Notes: generated by a model from the letters alone, not told the origin. A stretch of 64,000 bases of DNA from Utricularia gibba (GCA_002189035.1 CM007989.1:3658001-3722000), one strand, 5' to 3'; shown: positions 52,540 to 64,000, counted from the first letter of the stretch. Program-made: numbers and translations.

Positions 52540-54148
52540 ATGGGAGTTTGTGGGCAGTTACTGCTTCTTCTGGCTGTCTTCCTCACTGTTGCGGTCGCCG
52601 CCGAGGCTGCAACTGCTCGAGACCCTGAGGTCGTCGTTGAGGAGATCCACAGGAAGCTGAACGAGTCGAGGAGGAAACTCGGGTTTCTGTCTTGCAACAC
52701 CGGGAACCCGATCGACGACTGCTGGCGGTGCGATCCGAATTGGGAGAAGAATCGCCAGAAGCTAGCGGATTGCGCGATCGGGTTCGGGAAGGACGCCATC
52801 GGAGGCCGTGACGGGAAGATTTACGTCGTGACGGATTCGGGGAACGATGACCCGGTGAACCCGAAGCCGGGGACGCTCCGGTGGGGAGTCATCCAAGAAG
52901 AGCCGTTGTGGATCATCTTCGCTAGAGACATGGTGATTCAGCTGAAGGAGGAGTTGATCATGAACTCGTTCAAGACGATCGACGGCCGTGGCGCTAGCGT
53001 ACACATAGCCAACGGCCCATGCATCACTATACAGTACGTGACCAACATCATCATCCACGGCGTGCATATACACGACTGTAAGTCCGGCGGGAATGCAATG
53101 GTGCGGGACTCCACCAAGCACTACGGCTGGAGAACCATTTCCGACGGCGACGGCGTGTCCATCTTCGGCGGCAGCCACGTCTGGGTGGACCACTGCTCCC
53201 TCTCCAACTGCAACGACGGCTTGATCGACGCCATCCATGGCTCCACGGCGATCACCATTTCCAACAACTACATGACCCATCATGACAAGGTGATGCTTTT
53301 AGGCCACAGCGACACATACACTGAAGACAAGGGCATGCAGGTCACCATTGCCTTCAACCACTTTGGGGAAGGCCTGGTGCAGAGAATGCCAAGGTACCCT
53401 CTACCCATTATCATCGTCATCATCATCATCCATTCCTGACTGATCACGACGCTACTCGTCGGCGATGTTTCAGATGCAGGCATGGCTACTTCCATGTGGT
53501 GAACAACGACTACACGCACTGGGAGATGTATGCGATCGGAGGAAGCGCAGCGCCGACGATCAACAGCCAAGGCAACAGGTTTCTTGCTCCGGATGACAGA
53601 TTCAAGAAACAGGTGAGATGAGGTTAATTTGCTGAGTGGGGTAGTTGATTGGATTCCTTATGAGTAAATGAGGGTAGGCCATAGCCATAGGGCAGGTAGA
53701 GTAGAGGGATAAAGAGAGAAAACATTCCAGCACAAAAAGCACACAGTGTGAGACTATAGCAGATGTGGGTCAAAAAGGGGAATTGATGAAAGACCAGGGA
53801 CTAATTAGCAATAACGGGATGATGACTTCTTTTTTCAAAGCTCACATAAAACAGACCTGCCCTGCACGCCGGGGCAGCTAGGTACAGCATGTATTGGGTG
53901 CATTACACTGCGTCCTGGTTGAGTGCAGGTGACAAAGCATGAGGACGCCGCCGAGAGCGAGTGGAGAAACTGGAACTGGAGGACGGAAGGGACTTGATGC
54001 TGAACGGAGCCTTTTTCGTGACCTCAGGAGCCGGCGCGATCTCTAGCTACGCGAGGGCCTCTAGCTTGGGGGCGCGCCCTCCACTCTGGTGGCCTCCATA
54101 ACCTCCACCGCCGGCGCACTCAACTGTCGGAAGGGTGTCCGCTGCTAG
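52540..54148 (+). CDS. Pectate lyase (PL1 family, secreted); two apparent -1 errors in the last exon (53989-53991, 54077-54079)
   Basis: Signal peptide, [52 protein letters not shown] | [23 protein letters not shown][D]LMLNGAFF, ends [15 protein letters not shown] at about 52457. Confidence 0.95.
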
Positions 54149-55381
54149 CCACCACCGTTGTTTTGATGGGGCACTCCCGTTTTCCATTTTTTTTTTAAAG
54201 AAGTTGCTTTTGAGTTCCCAAGGGGGAAGGTACGTACAACCTCGGCATGCCATGTTTCAGACCAAAGACGGTTGCATTTGGTTCCATGGAAGGCATGGGC
54301 TGCAGCGTTGATTATGTGTATAAGTAAGTACACCAGTTTGTGTTTGGTGCTCGGTTTACTGCGATCAATCCAATGAAGAAGAATTTGTAGATTTTGCGGC
54401 AGTAAGGAAAAAAAAACCGCATTGAAAGAGTAAATAAAATGGCAAAGGATTCAACGCCTGGCTAAGAAAGGCGCCTTGCCTGTGTTCTCTAACACCGGAT
54501 ACGAATGGATGGTGGGTCAGCAAGGAACTTCGTGTCCGTTTTCATACAATGGGTCATACAGCTCCCACGGGTAGTTCTGGCGTCTGCGGCTTCCATATGC
54601 AAAACACTCGATATCTAGGAGGGAGACCGAGATTCCATCTCCGGCGGAGGAACAGAATGTGAAACTTTGGTATGCGGGAATCCTCGGGCGAGCGGGGTGC
54701 GCTGGATGAATCCCGATTCGGAGCTCATTTGCTCGAACGGAGATGGAAAGGAGAAGCATGTACATTGTGAATCTTCGCTTATCCTTGTAGACGTCGGGCT
54801 GGTCATAGGAGGGGAATCGAATTGCGCTGCCGTTAAGGAGGTGAACGTACGGTCTCCGTGGATCCAGGATCAAATTTCCTTGCCCAACTACGTTTTATGT
54901 ACACTGCATTTGCCAGAATTCGGACTGGAAATGGATCGATTGCATGACTCGAAATAATTTCCTTCACGAGACCCTTCGTTGTTGTTTCCTTCTTGACTGG
55001 CCCATGGTTTCTGCCACTTGAACAGCCTACGCAGATGAAACTGTGCTTTTGTTTCAAAGAATGAAGCTTTGAAAATCGACTTGAGCCGAAGCTAACTCGA
55101 AAGAGCGTGTTGATAAACCGACCGCTTCAAGTTTGGGGCACCCGCCTGCGAACATCCGGTCGCCAATGTGCGACGAGCGGGAGAGTAGTTCTCAGGCATT
55201 ATTGAAATACAGAAACCGAGGAAAGCCATCAAAGCAAAACATTTCGCTTTGTTAAGGATAAAGCGACATCCGTTTTCGAATGCTATTGTAATCTGAGGGC
55301 ACAGCAGCTGCTCTGCCCATGAATGCACTCCGGCGCTGAGATAAGACGGTGGGAGGCATTTTCCTGATCGCCGAATAAACT

Positions 55382-55525
55382 CGTGAATCGCTGGAGGCGA
55401 AGCAGAAAAATAATTATAACTAAAATTCTTCCAGCAAAGAGGTTTTACAGCGCAGAGGAATACCATCAGCAGTCTGTGGAGAAGGGTAGAAGAAATGGGA
55501 AGAAACAGTCATCAGATGCTATGAT
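55382..55525 (+). pseudogene. MSRA: Relic of peptide methionine sulfoxide reductase A (C-terminal part)
   Basis: RESLEAKQK, frameshift, KIIITKILPAKRFYSAEEYHQQSVEKGRRNGKKQS, deletion plus frameshift, IRCYD. Canonical MsrA reads TEILPAKKFYRAEEYHQQYLEKG...KQS...PIRCYG. No intact GCFW active site upstream. Confidence 0.75.
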
Positions 55526-55684
55526 TGGTGCTTCTTTATCCTGAATGCCAAGTATCAGGTTGAAGTGGTTTTGGAAACAATTCTGTATGAATGTTTATGA
55601 TACATCTATTCATTGTGTGAGGGGTTCCAGCACTTGTGCAAGTTTATCAGAAAGGCCCTTGGAACATATGAGCTTCTTAGTGTT

Positions 55685-56980
55685 CTAGAGTTCATCCTGT
55701 GATAGTGTGTCTACTGGTATTTGAGGATTGTTTGAGTTCTTGACAGGATAAGATGCTTCCATGGCAATCCCGCATCGACCTTCTTTTTCTTGGACTCCAC
55801 GTTCGATACGAATGTAGCCTTTTTCTCCCCACTCAGCACCCCATGAGTTCTTCACTATCCAGTACTTAGTTCCATCCAGAGTTGTACCGTAGCCCACAAT
55901 TGCAACTCCATGGTTCAGCTCAGTCCCACAGCTCCCTGTAAATACCCCCTGAGAAAAAAAAAAAGGATCGTTGTGCAGGCTTTGTAGGGTGGATAAACTT
56001 GCCTTCTTATGGTTTACCTCCGAGTAGAACTGGAAATCTGATCCTCCTGCATCTATGGCAACTGCGATAGGATGATGTGCCACTGCTTTCAGTAGGTGAT
56101 CTTCATTATTTATTGGAACAGTCTCATGCCCATCAATTGTCACAACAGCAGAGTTCTGTGTCAAAACAAATAATCACTCATACAGTTAGAATGGAGGTGT
56201 GCTGGAAGATCAAGGATTCAGCTTCTCCCATTTTACCTTTTTTGTGAGATTGTGACACCTTCCCCGTATGCCCTTGTATGGATAGCTGGTATCTGCTGAA
56301 AGACCACCATTGTTTTTTATATACTCAAATGCGTACTCCATGAGTCCTCCATTACATCCATGGTTGTGCTTTCTGTCACAATCAATAAGTTCTTGCTCTG
56401 ATAAGGAAACCAGCTTCTTTGTTTTCAGATGGTTTATTCCTTCAACTGCAACTACAGCTGCAAAAGCCCAGCAGCTTCCTGCAAAGGGAATCCAATAAGA
56501 TTATTCATGTTCCTAGTAATAAAAAGACACCATGCACAACTCATTACCACACTGGCCCTGATCTTTGACAGTGGTGACAGCTCCCTTCTTTCTCCAATCA
56601 ACTGAGGTTGGAAGACTTGCTGCATCCTGGCACATGAACGTCTCATTTTCCTGTATGCTTCCTTTCAGCATCCGATGATGCTTGATCTTCGATCCGGTGT
56701 AGACAGCTGCAAACTCGTGGCTGGTCATATCTGCAAACTTGTTAAGCTTTAGCTTGTAAGGGCTCTCCCTCTTGTTGAAACTGTGCACATAGTGAACATT
56801 GGCTTTGAAAACGTTATAGCGCAGGTGCTTCTCTTTGATGCTTCTCGCAACCGTGTAGTGGCTTCGCCATCTCTCATACATTTCCCAAAGCTTCTCCTCT
56901 GTTTCGAGCTCCATCTCATGGAAATCAAAGCTCTCCACTAGAGTAAGAGAGAGGAAGATGATCAGGAGAAAGGTTCTCAT
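55685..56980 (-). CDS. CEP1: KDEL-tailed cysteine endopeptidase (CEP1/vignain type, papain C1A) ending in QDEL; 4 exons
   Basis: Signal peptide, ERFNIN-type prodomain, [30 protein letters not shown] | [43 protein letters not shown], ends QDEL*. Confidence 0.95.
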
Positions 56981-57716
56981 TTGCAAAAAGGATGCAACTT
57001 AAGGAACAGAAGGTGATCCCTTTATAGAGGAAAGTCTCAGAGAGGCGGATCCATTTGAAAGACACAAACTTAAACTTGACACTTATCCAGATGCCTGTCT
57101 TGGGAGGTTTTGACATGATGTGGTTACAATACCAGAAGAAAATCGAACAGTAAGTTACAATGGAGGCTGTGTGTGATTACTTGTGAAAAACACAATAACT
57201 TGTAGTGACATCACCACACTTTACCTCAAAAATCAAGGATTACCGAACTGTGCTCTGTAGCGCGGTTAGGTAGTTCATATGTAGACACCACAACTTCATT
57301 CCCTTCACGCCAAAGTTTCTGCTACTTGCTGCAAAGTTTCTTTCTTGTATCTCTATCTAAATAGTAAGCACAGCTCATCAAAAAGTTGCCTTGTGAAGAG
57401 TTCATCACCTTGAAATGGAAACGGCATTCGTAAAAGAATGGCCTCCCCTGTAGTTTGCATGTGCTGCAGAGCGATGTTTCCACCATGTCTGAGTATTCCC
57501 ATGTTCAGAAAAGTTTTTTTTTTTTCTGTTGGAACTGGTTTTTCATCATTCATTAACTGGTTTTATTCTGTTTTCCTGTTTTCATTGGCACCAAGCTTAG
57601 GAAAATGGCTTACCTGAACAAGATATAAATGAGAATCCCTATGAAGTCTGAGCAAGAAATACAAATAAAGAGTTTTGGCCGTGCAAAATGATGAGTAGCA
57701 ATGCCTCTTGGTCATC

Positions 57717-59102
57717 TCAGAAACCACCGCGCCTTGGCCGGTCCTCTGCGACATTGACTCTGATTGCCCTCCCATCCAAGTTCTGCGATTCATTCATGGA
57801 AAACCATCAAAACCCAACATTTTAAACGGCTTGATTTCAGTCACATTGCATTACTATCATAAGAATGGTAAAAATTGAGCACTGAGAGATGGAGCATCTG
57901 TGCAGCAAGACAGCAATGATGGAAATGACGTTGCTTATCAAAAGGAAAAATGTATACCTGTCCATCAAGATTAGCAATGGCATCATTCATTTCAGATTGG
58001 CTTGCCATCACCACGAAGCCAAAACCACGTGATCTCCCAGTCTCTCTATCAGACACCACCCGAGCACTCAAGACTTTCCCATGCTCACTAAAAAGTTGTT
58101 CCAGGCGGTCATCGTTGACACTCCATGGCAAATTACCAACGTATATTCTGTTTGAACTTTCAAAAACCCGGGGAGGACGCTCAGCCTTTGATCCTTTTGG
58201 AGCAGCTTTGCTAACTGTTAGAAATCTTCCACCCAAATCCTGTTTGAAAGAGCGATGAATGAATGAAAACATCACTGTGCACATGTGAGTCTGATTCCTA
58301 ATACATTTTGCACCGAATGTTTCTCAATATTCTGCGGTGTCCCATATAAAAAAAACTGGCTCATAGGCACAACATTTTGAAGATAAAACACCAATCTCAA
58401 TATAGAACTCACATATCGGTGGAACATTTCGACAGCCCTCTCAGTTTCTTCAGGCGTGCTCATCGTCACAAAACCGAAACCTCTGCTCCGATCAGTATCT
58501 CTGTTGTAGATAACCTGTAAAGCCACAATCATCCCAAGTTTAAACTCAGCAAGTTTCATATCCTCTACAATATTTCCCATCATATTGTAAAACCACTGAA
58601 TCTCAGGCAAAGTTTCCTATGCGACGAAAAAAGGCAAACAACGAAGCAAGACGCGATCTTTCATACTTACCTCGGCAATTTCCACCACGCCAGCCTCCTC
58701 AAAAAGCTTAGCCAGGCCCTCGCTATCTACATCATATGGCAAATTTCCTACATAAATCTTCAACTCCTCCGATGGCTCAGCAAACGCATCGCCCTCCTTT
58801 GCGTCCCCTGCATTTTCGTCTTGCCCCTCAGTCTCATTTTCCGGCCCATCCCAATTGAAGCTCCCCCCATACTCTTGCTCTTCCAAAAGAACAGGGCTGT
58901 TTTCCTCACGCTGAGCCGCTATCACCGCAACTCCCACGATGGGCTCCTGCTTCTTCAGAAAAAACATAGAAGGGAGAGAGAGCGAACAAGAGAGTTGCAG
59001 TTTAAGGGGTTTGGCGGGAATCGCGACATGCGTCTGCGAGTAGGGAGCTTTGGAAGCAGTAAACGGCGATGGCACCGATGTTAGACATCCATTTGTCGCC
59101 AT
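57717..59102 (-). CDS. CP31: Chloroplast RNA-binding protein cp31/cp28 type (acidic region + 2 RRM)
   Basis: Transit peptide MATNGCLTS, acidic linker, RRM1 KIYVGNLPY...[13 protein letters not shown]2 RIYVGNLPW...[10 protein letters not shown], ends [21 protein letters not shown]. Confidence 0.93.
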
Positions 59103-59973
59103 TGACACACAATTCACCACAGACCTCGCCGCACAAACCATTCTCCGCAGTTGCGCAGTCCCCCCTGAAGATTTACGCACAAATGATGAATGAACGGGAA
59201 GGAAAACAGATAGATGGATAAGGAGAACCGGAAGCAGAGAAAAAGGGCTGCTCTCTGGAGAAAACGCGGTACCAATTCCCCTCCAGCTATTTCGGGCCTC
59301 CCGCAGTCTTCTAACCTTCTCCGACGACTAATGGGCCTATTTTCTTAAATTGGGCCTGCAACCTTTTTTATTATTCTAAATTGTATCAATATATTTTTAA
59401 TAAACATATTTTAAATATATATAAATTGTATAATATTCTAAATTAAGTTTTTAAAATTCATTTAATTACTGAAGAATAAGAATAAAAAATAAATGATCAT
59501 TTGTTAATAATTATTGTAAAATATTTATTATGCACCTAAAAAGTATAATATTATTTTAAAGTTTATATTTTTAACAAATTCTTAATTTTAAGACACGCGA
59601 TAAACACAAATAAATTAAATATATTATTAATTAAATTATCTTAATTAACTAGAGAATTTAATTTATGCGCCTTGCCCATTATTTCTTTCCCTTGATATAT
59701 TGAAGAGCCTACTATGTACTGTGTAGGCACCTAGTGACATGATCTACGCAGCTATCGCATGGAATTTGCTTGCCTTCTGGTCCTGGTGTGTTCAAGGGTC
59801 AGAAGTCAGATGTAGAAACAATACCTTCGTTCCCAGTTTCAGTTCCACAATCTGTGCTTCATCCAGGGAGAGTGCAGGTACTTCTTTTCATCCTGGACAC
59901 TGAACTGTGAGCTTCTTCTTCTGTTTTGGACATGGATATGGGTATATGTATCCTGTGAATTGTGGCAGGAAAT

Positions 59974-60286
59974 ATGCAGCGGTCGACGACTGCGAGGCCG
60001 TCGGAGGAGTTCATGGTGAACATCACCCCCACGGTGGTTGTGAAGAGCCCAGGTTTGAAGGAGGATCTGTTGCCGTCATTCAACGATGGCAGCATCATCA
60101 TCTCCGATGATGCGGAGAAGAAGGTGATTCCGGCGAGGCCTCCATTGGGGAGAGAGCCGTTCACTTCATCCCACTGGTTTTGATAGTCTGTGGCTTGGTT
60201 CTCTGGTGGTTCTCGGAGCCTGCTTCTTTAGATCACAAGTCAAACATACCATAAATACGGCCTGCAGTAAGAAGGAAACCTGGTAA
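59974..60286 (+). CDS. Small single-pass membrane protein of unknown function (about 100 aa); one apparent -1 G error at 60147-60150
   Basis: MQRSTTARPSEEFMVNITP...; restoring one G gives LGERAVHFIPLVLIVCGLVLWWFS (hydrophobic TM segment resembling a recalled plant family motif), then stop at 60284-60286. Confidence 0.7.
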
Positions 60287-60657
60287 CACAACGGAAAATG
60301 CAATGAATCTGTGCGATTCCAATTCAATTTGCAATATGAAGGGAAATATTTGCAAAATGAAGAGAAATCTGCAATAATCTGTGTGATTCCAATATCAACA
60401 TCAATGCATATTGCCATAGATTCTATAGAAAAATTATCGATGCAATGGCAGTCAAAGCCGAGATGATTATCAGCATAACTAGTCATTTGCAGAATAGCAG
60501 GGAAGAACATTCTGATTGTAGACCAGCTAATGAAGAGAAGACGTATCTGTAATAACATAGTGTCATGGAAATAAAGGTTATGCCGACAAGTGAATCAATA
60601 GCAATAAAAAAGAAAAACGGATCAGTAGTAGACTGCAGACAAGTGATTGCAGAGTTG

Positions 60658-61759
60658 CAGTTTAGCTTTATCCTTGTCTCAGTTGGTATCGACATATAGG
60701 GCATGCTGAAAGCACTTGTTTACATACGCAGCATGTCTGCGTGAAAGTAGAAGAAAGCAAAACAACCACAAAAGAAGCGAAAGCACTTGGGAACCACTTT
60801 GTTCAACAATGGAGATAGCCACTTCAATAACTAGAGCAAATGATGTTGGACCTGTGGAAACCAGGAAAATTAGGTGCTGCCTTCAGTTAACACTAATGAG
60901 GAGAACACGTGCACAAAACCTGCAAGCTGTAGTACTAGTTCTTTCTACTGCATCGGTGCTTCCTCCTCGACAGAATCTCCCATCAGGACAAAAGCTTAAG
61001 ACTTCTAGGTCATGTGTGGAAGCTGCAATGCTGGAATTCGAAGAGAAATGTAATCTATTCCTAAAAGATTCAAAACTCCAAACTTCAAGGAAAATGCCAT
61101 CTCCGAATCCAAACCAAGGAATTAGATTATCCTCATCAAATCTGGATAGGCTTCTTCTAATTATTGAGATGGCTTGTTCATACGGGTTTTTCTCAACACT
61201 GATGTGACGAAAGCTTCTCCGATTAAATGACCGAATACCTAAGCAAAAAAGACCTCTTGTATCTCACCAAGTCATTTGCACCATCAAAGCAATGCCGAGT
61301 TAAAAGTGTTCATAAGTACACCTCCACTCATTGCTCTTGGTGACGTCAATACCAACAATCAAGTGAGAGGATTCCAGGCCATCTCGAGCAAGTGCGTCAC
61401 TAACCTGTAGCAATTACTCATTATTCAGAAGGAGTTCTGATAGCTTCCTCGAAGCAAAGACGACCCAAAAAACATTTCAATGCTCTAGTCTTCTAATCCT
61501 GACCCTTATGGTATACAAAAACATTGACACACCATTTACCTCATCCAGGGAATTTTAATTGTCACCTATTCTTTCCCTCCAGTCTTCTATTGAACTCAGT
61601 AAACGAGCCATCATAGATTGGAATTAGACATCCATGGTCATAAGCAGTCAAGGGCTCGGGATCATCGGTATGAGTGGCTGATATTTCCACACGAATTTGA
61701 ATCCGAGGCAAAAGACGATACTGAATCGATCTTATCTTTCTAAAACTCTTCCCACCCAT
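60658..61759 (-). pseudogene. RGLG5: RGLG (copine/VWA + RING E3 ligase) pseudogene, RGLG5-like
   Basis: MGGKS start; GDN*NSLDE | VSDALARDGLESSHLIVGIDVTKSNEW | IRSFNRRS...NPYEQAISII...FDEDNLIPWFGFGD | ASTHD...; GPTSFALVIE...VEQSG; then directly TCCVCKQVLSACPICR..TRIKL. Stops at 61555-61557 and 60945-60947, several frameshifts and a large internal deletion. Confidence 0.88.
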
Positions 61760-62858
61760 AAGTTCTCCGCAGCTTGGATGATTCAAACAAGAACATCAGA
61801 ATGCAACAAAAAACCCCTCTAAATATTTTTTTTAAGAAAAGGAATTAGAACTCCAACCTACTCCTCATACGGATATGAACACTGCTAAAAAAATGCCTAA
61901 AGAGTCACCGAAAATCTTCCAACACGTTTCTCAAAGAAAGACGCACAATGCACAATCTAGCATCCCATTTTCCACTGGAAACAGAGATCTACCTTACGAA
62001 GCAGGACACATTTTCTCCACGATCAACATCGACTCCAGTCAAATATGAGCGAAGAAAACTCTAGACGAATGCTGAGGACGCCACATCAGTAGAAAGCGAA
62101 GACATTCGAAGCCTGGAGGGTTCCAGGAGAAATTTTCAAAGAATTCTGGAGCGCGGGCAGAATTTCGAAAAGACAAGGGACGTGGAGAAAAGAAACTTCC
62201 AAGAGTAACGAGCCCGGCCCATTAATGAACGCATGAGCTAACCCAAAATAAACGTCTGAGCCGACGTCATGGGCTTCAAATCCCACGAGCCCAGTAAATC
62301 AGTCGACGTCAACACGACTTTTTTTTTTTTTTTTCAATGGCAACGCATCAACATAACTAAAAAGTCTTCGCCTTCCAGCCGTTAGCTTTGAAGTTTTGAG
62401 CTGGGCCTCTGATAAAAGAAAAAGAGATGCTCAACTGAATGTGTTGCTGGCTGTAGCGGTTCATCGCTCTGCCGGAGAATTGGAATCGGCGGCAGGTTAA
62501 AGGCAAGGACAGAACAAGCAAGCGGTAAGCGTATGGTAATATTGATTTGTTTGGTTTATTAGCGACCATGAGGCGTCTATTCGTCGTCGGGTGCTTCTCC
62601 AATGAATAAAGTGCACATTTCAACGGAGCTATTCTCGTGTCGTCGCATTCCTAGCTGCGATTTTGATGATTTAATATTCCACGAATCTGTTGAATTATAG
62701 TGGAGAATTTTTCCAGGAGTTCTGTGATGATCATCGACTTCTTTTTAGCCGTGCATTTATTATCTTTTCAGCACTGATACTAGCCATTGAGTTATTTAAT
62801 TCAAGGATCGGTGGAAATGTCAAACTTGTCGGCCAATAGGTTATGTGCTTCACCAGAA

Positions 62859-62880
62859 TGGCTTTTTAATGAGCCAAGAG
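62859..62880 (+). promoter_or_regulatory. Candidate nitrate-responsive element (NLP-binding) upstream of NRT3.1
   Basis: TGGCTTTT-N9-AAGAG fits the TGNCYYTT...AAGAG pseudo-palindromic NRE pattern, 213 bp upstream of the ATG. Confidence 0.5.
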
Positions 62881-63092
62881 TGTTTGACTGGGGTTCGTGG
62901 CCCATCTCCTAGGTAGTATGTGAAGCCACTTACCATTAAAAAATTCTTATAGTGGCGTTGAATTTTTTTGTCGTTTGTCCTGTTTAACTTTTGCTGGTGC
63001 TATAAAGTTGTTTCATCAGATCATCAGTTTCACCCCTCAAGATCAGTTTTTTCTTCCTTCTTTTTTTTCAAGTTTGTGCAGATTAAGAAGGA

Positions 63093-63766
63093 ATGGAGAT
63101 GACCCGGAGTTTAGTTCTTCTGATCCTTGTTTGCTGTCTGATTCGTAGTGGTGGCGCTGTTACCTTCTCATCTTTGAAGGATAGCCTAGTTGTCACTGCT
63201 TCACCCACTACTGGACAAGGTAACATGCTTCTTTCTTCTAGGTTGGCAATTCTGAAGCTTTTTAATAATAACATCAAATCGAATCTGCAGTGCTGAAAGC
63301 AGGGGAAGATGAAATCACAGTTACCTGGTCATTGAACGAAAGTCTACCATCTGGGATTGATTCTGATTACAAGCAAGTGAAAGTAGAGCTTTGCTATGCA
63401 CCAATCAGTCAGGTGGACCGTAAATGGAGAAAAACAGCAGATGATCTCAGCAAGGACAAGACTTGCCAGTTCAAAATTGCTGCCATACCCTATACCTCTT
63501 CCAACAACACCTTCACCTGGACCATCACGAAGGAAATCCCTACAGCTACATACTTCATCCGGGCTTATGCTTTGGACTCTACTGATCAACAGATTGGGTA
63601 CGGACAGACCACAAATCCAAAGAAAACCAGCAACCTGTTTGAAATAAAAGGGATCTCTGGGCGCCACGCCTCCATAGACGCTGCTGCTGCTTGTTTCTCT
63701 GCTTTCTCCATCTTCTCCTTGGCTGGATTCTTTGTGCTGGAAAAGAGAAAAGCCAAGGCTCAGTGA
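63093..63766 (+). CDS. NRT3.1: High-affinity nitrate transporter-activating protein NAR2/NRT3 (2 exons)
   Basis: Signal peptide, intron 63220-63290, LKAGEDEITVTWSLN, VELCYAPISQVDRKWRK, KDKTCQFKI, PTATYFIRAYA, ISGRHASIDAAAACFSAFS and C-terminal TM + EKRKAK. Confidence 0.95.
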
Positions 63767-64000
63767 TCCTCCCCTACAGAAACGTTTTCCACACAATTCT
63801 ACAGGTCTTTGAGGCTCTAGAGTAGGCTGTCATAAGCATAATACCAGTAGCTGCTGGGATGCATAATGGGAACTTGCCAACTTCAGTAGTCTCGCTTGTT
63901 GTCAGTAACCTAATAAGGCACCTGAAGAAATGCTTTGCTTTGCTTTTCTTCGGCAGCCTCATGTGATGGGGTGCCAGTTCATGTCATGTACATAATATGT

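Noticed and set aside
52762-53283. 173-aa antisense ORF and similar shadow ORFs over the NLR, kinase, AGO1, MYB and NRT3.1
   Set aside because: They are by-products of codon bias on the opposite strand of confident genes, with no motifs of their own.
21892-60150. Programmed ribosomal frameshifting or mass pseudogenisation as the cause of the broken ORFs
   Set aside because: All breaks are -1 in short G/C runs with no slippery heptamer or downstream structure, in conserved housekeeping genes. Consensus error is far more parsimonious.
63774-63962. Minus-strand ORF as the 3' end of a neighbouring gene (quinolinate synthase expected from recalled synteny)
   Set aside because: No frame matches a recognisable C-terminus; it probably lies in 3'UTR sequence.

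Overview
Very gene-dense eudicot nuclear DNA: about 20 intact or apparently intact protein-coding genes, 2 decayed gene relics and a partial gene at the left edge in 64 kb, with mostly 70-110 bp introns. Gene order: CC-NB-ARC-LRR(-), GFAT(-), plastid RPL1(+), UPF0114(-), AGO1(-), DHH/DHHA1 phosphoesterase(+), NAC057-like(-), CNGC20-like(-), R2R3-MYB(+), DYRKP kinase(-), KdsD/SETH3(+), uncharacterised protein(+), JAZ3-like(+), CbbY(+), pectate lyase(+), MsrA relic(+), CEP1-like protease(-), CP31-like RNP(-), small TM protein(+), RGLG relic(-), NRT3.1/NAR2(+). About ten apparent frameshifts are all single-base losses in G/C runs, so they are most likely assembly errors and not pseudogenisation. 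The RGLG and MsrA relics carry stops and/or multi-codon deletions and look like real gene losses. The most interesting signal is a JAZ3-like gene whose Jas motif has an in-frame deletion of about 5 codons and lacks the X5PY tail, predicting a COI1/jasmonate-insensitive repressor. Also seen: a remodelled miR168 site in AGO1, a miR482/2118 site in the NLR, a QDEL-tailed CEP, a candidate nanoRNase divergent from AGO1, and orphan promoter-like clusters without an assignable gene. No rRNA, tRNA, CRISPR array or recognisable transposon ORF was found. All family assignments come from motif recognition, not from database searches.
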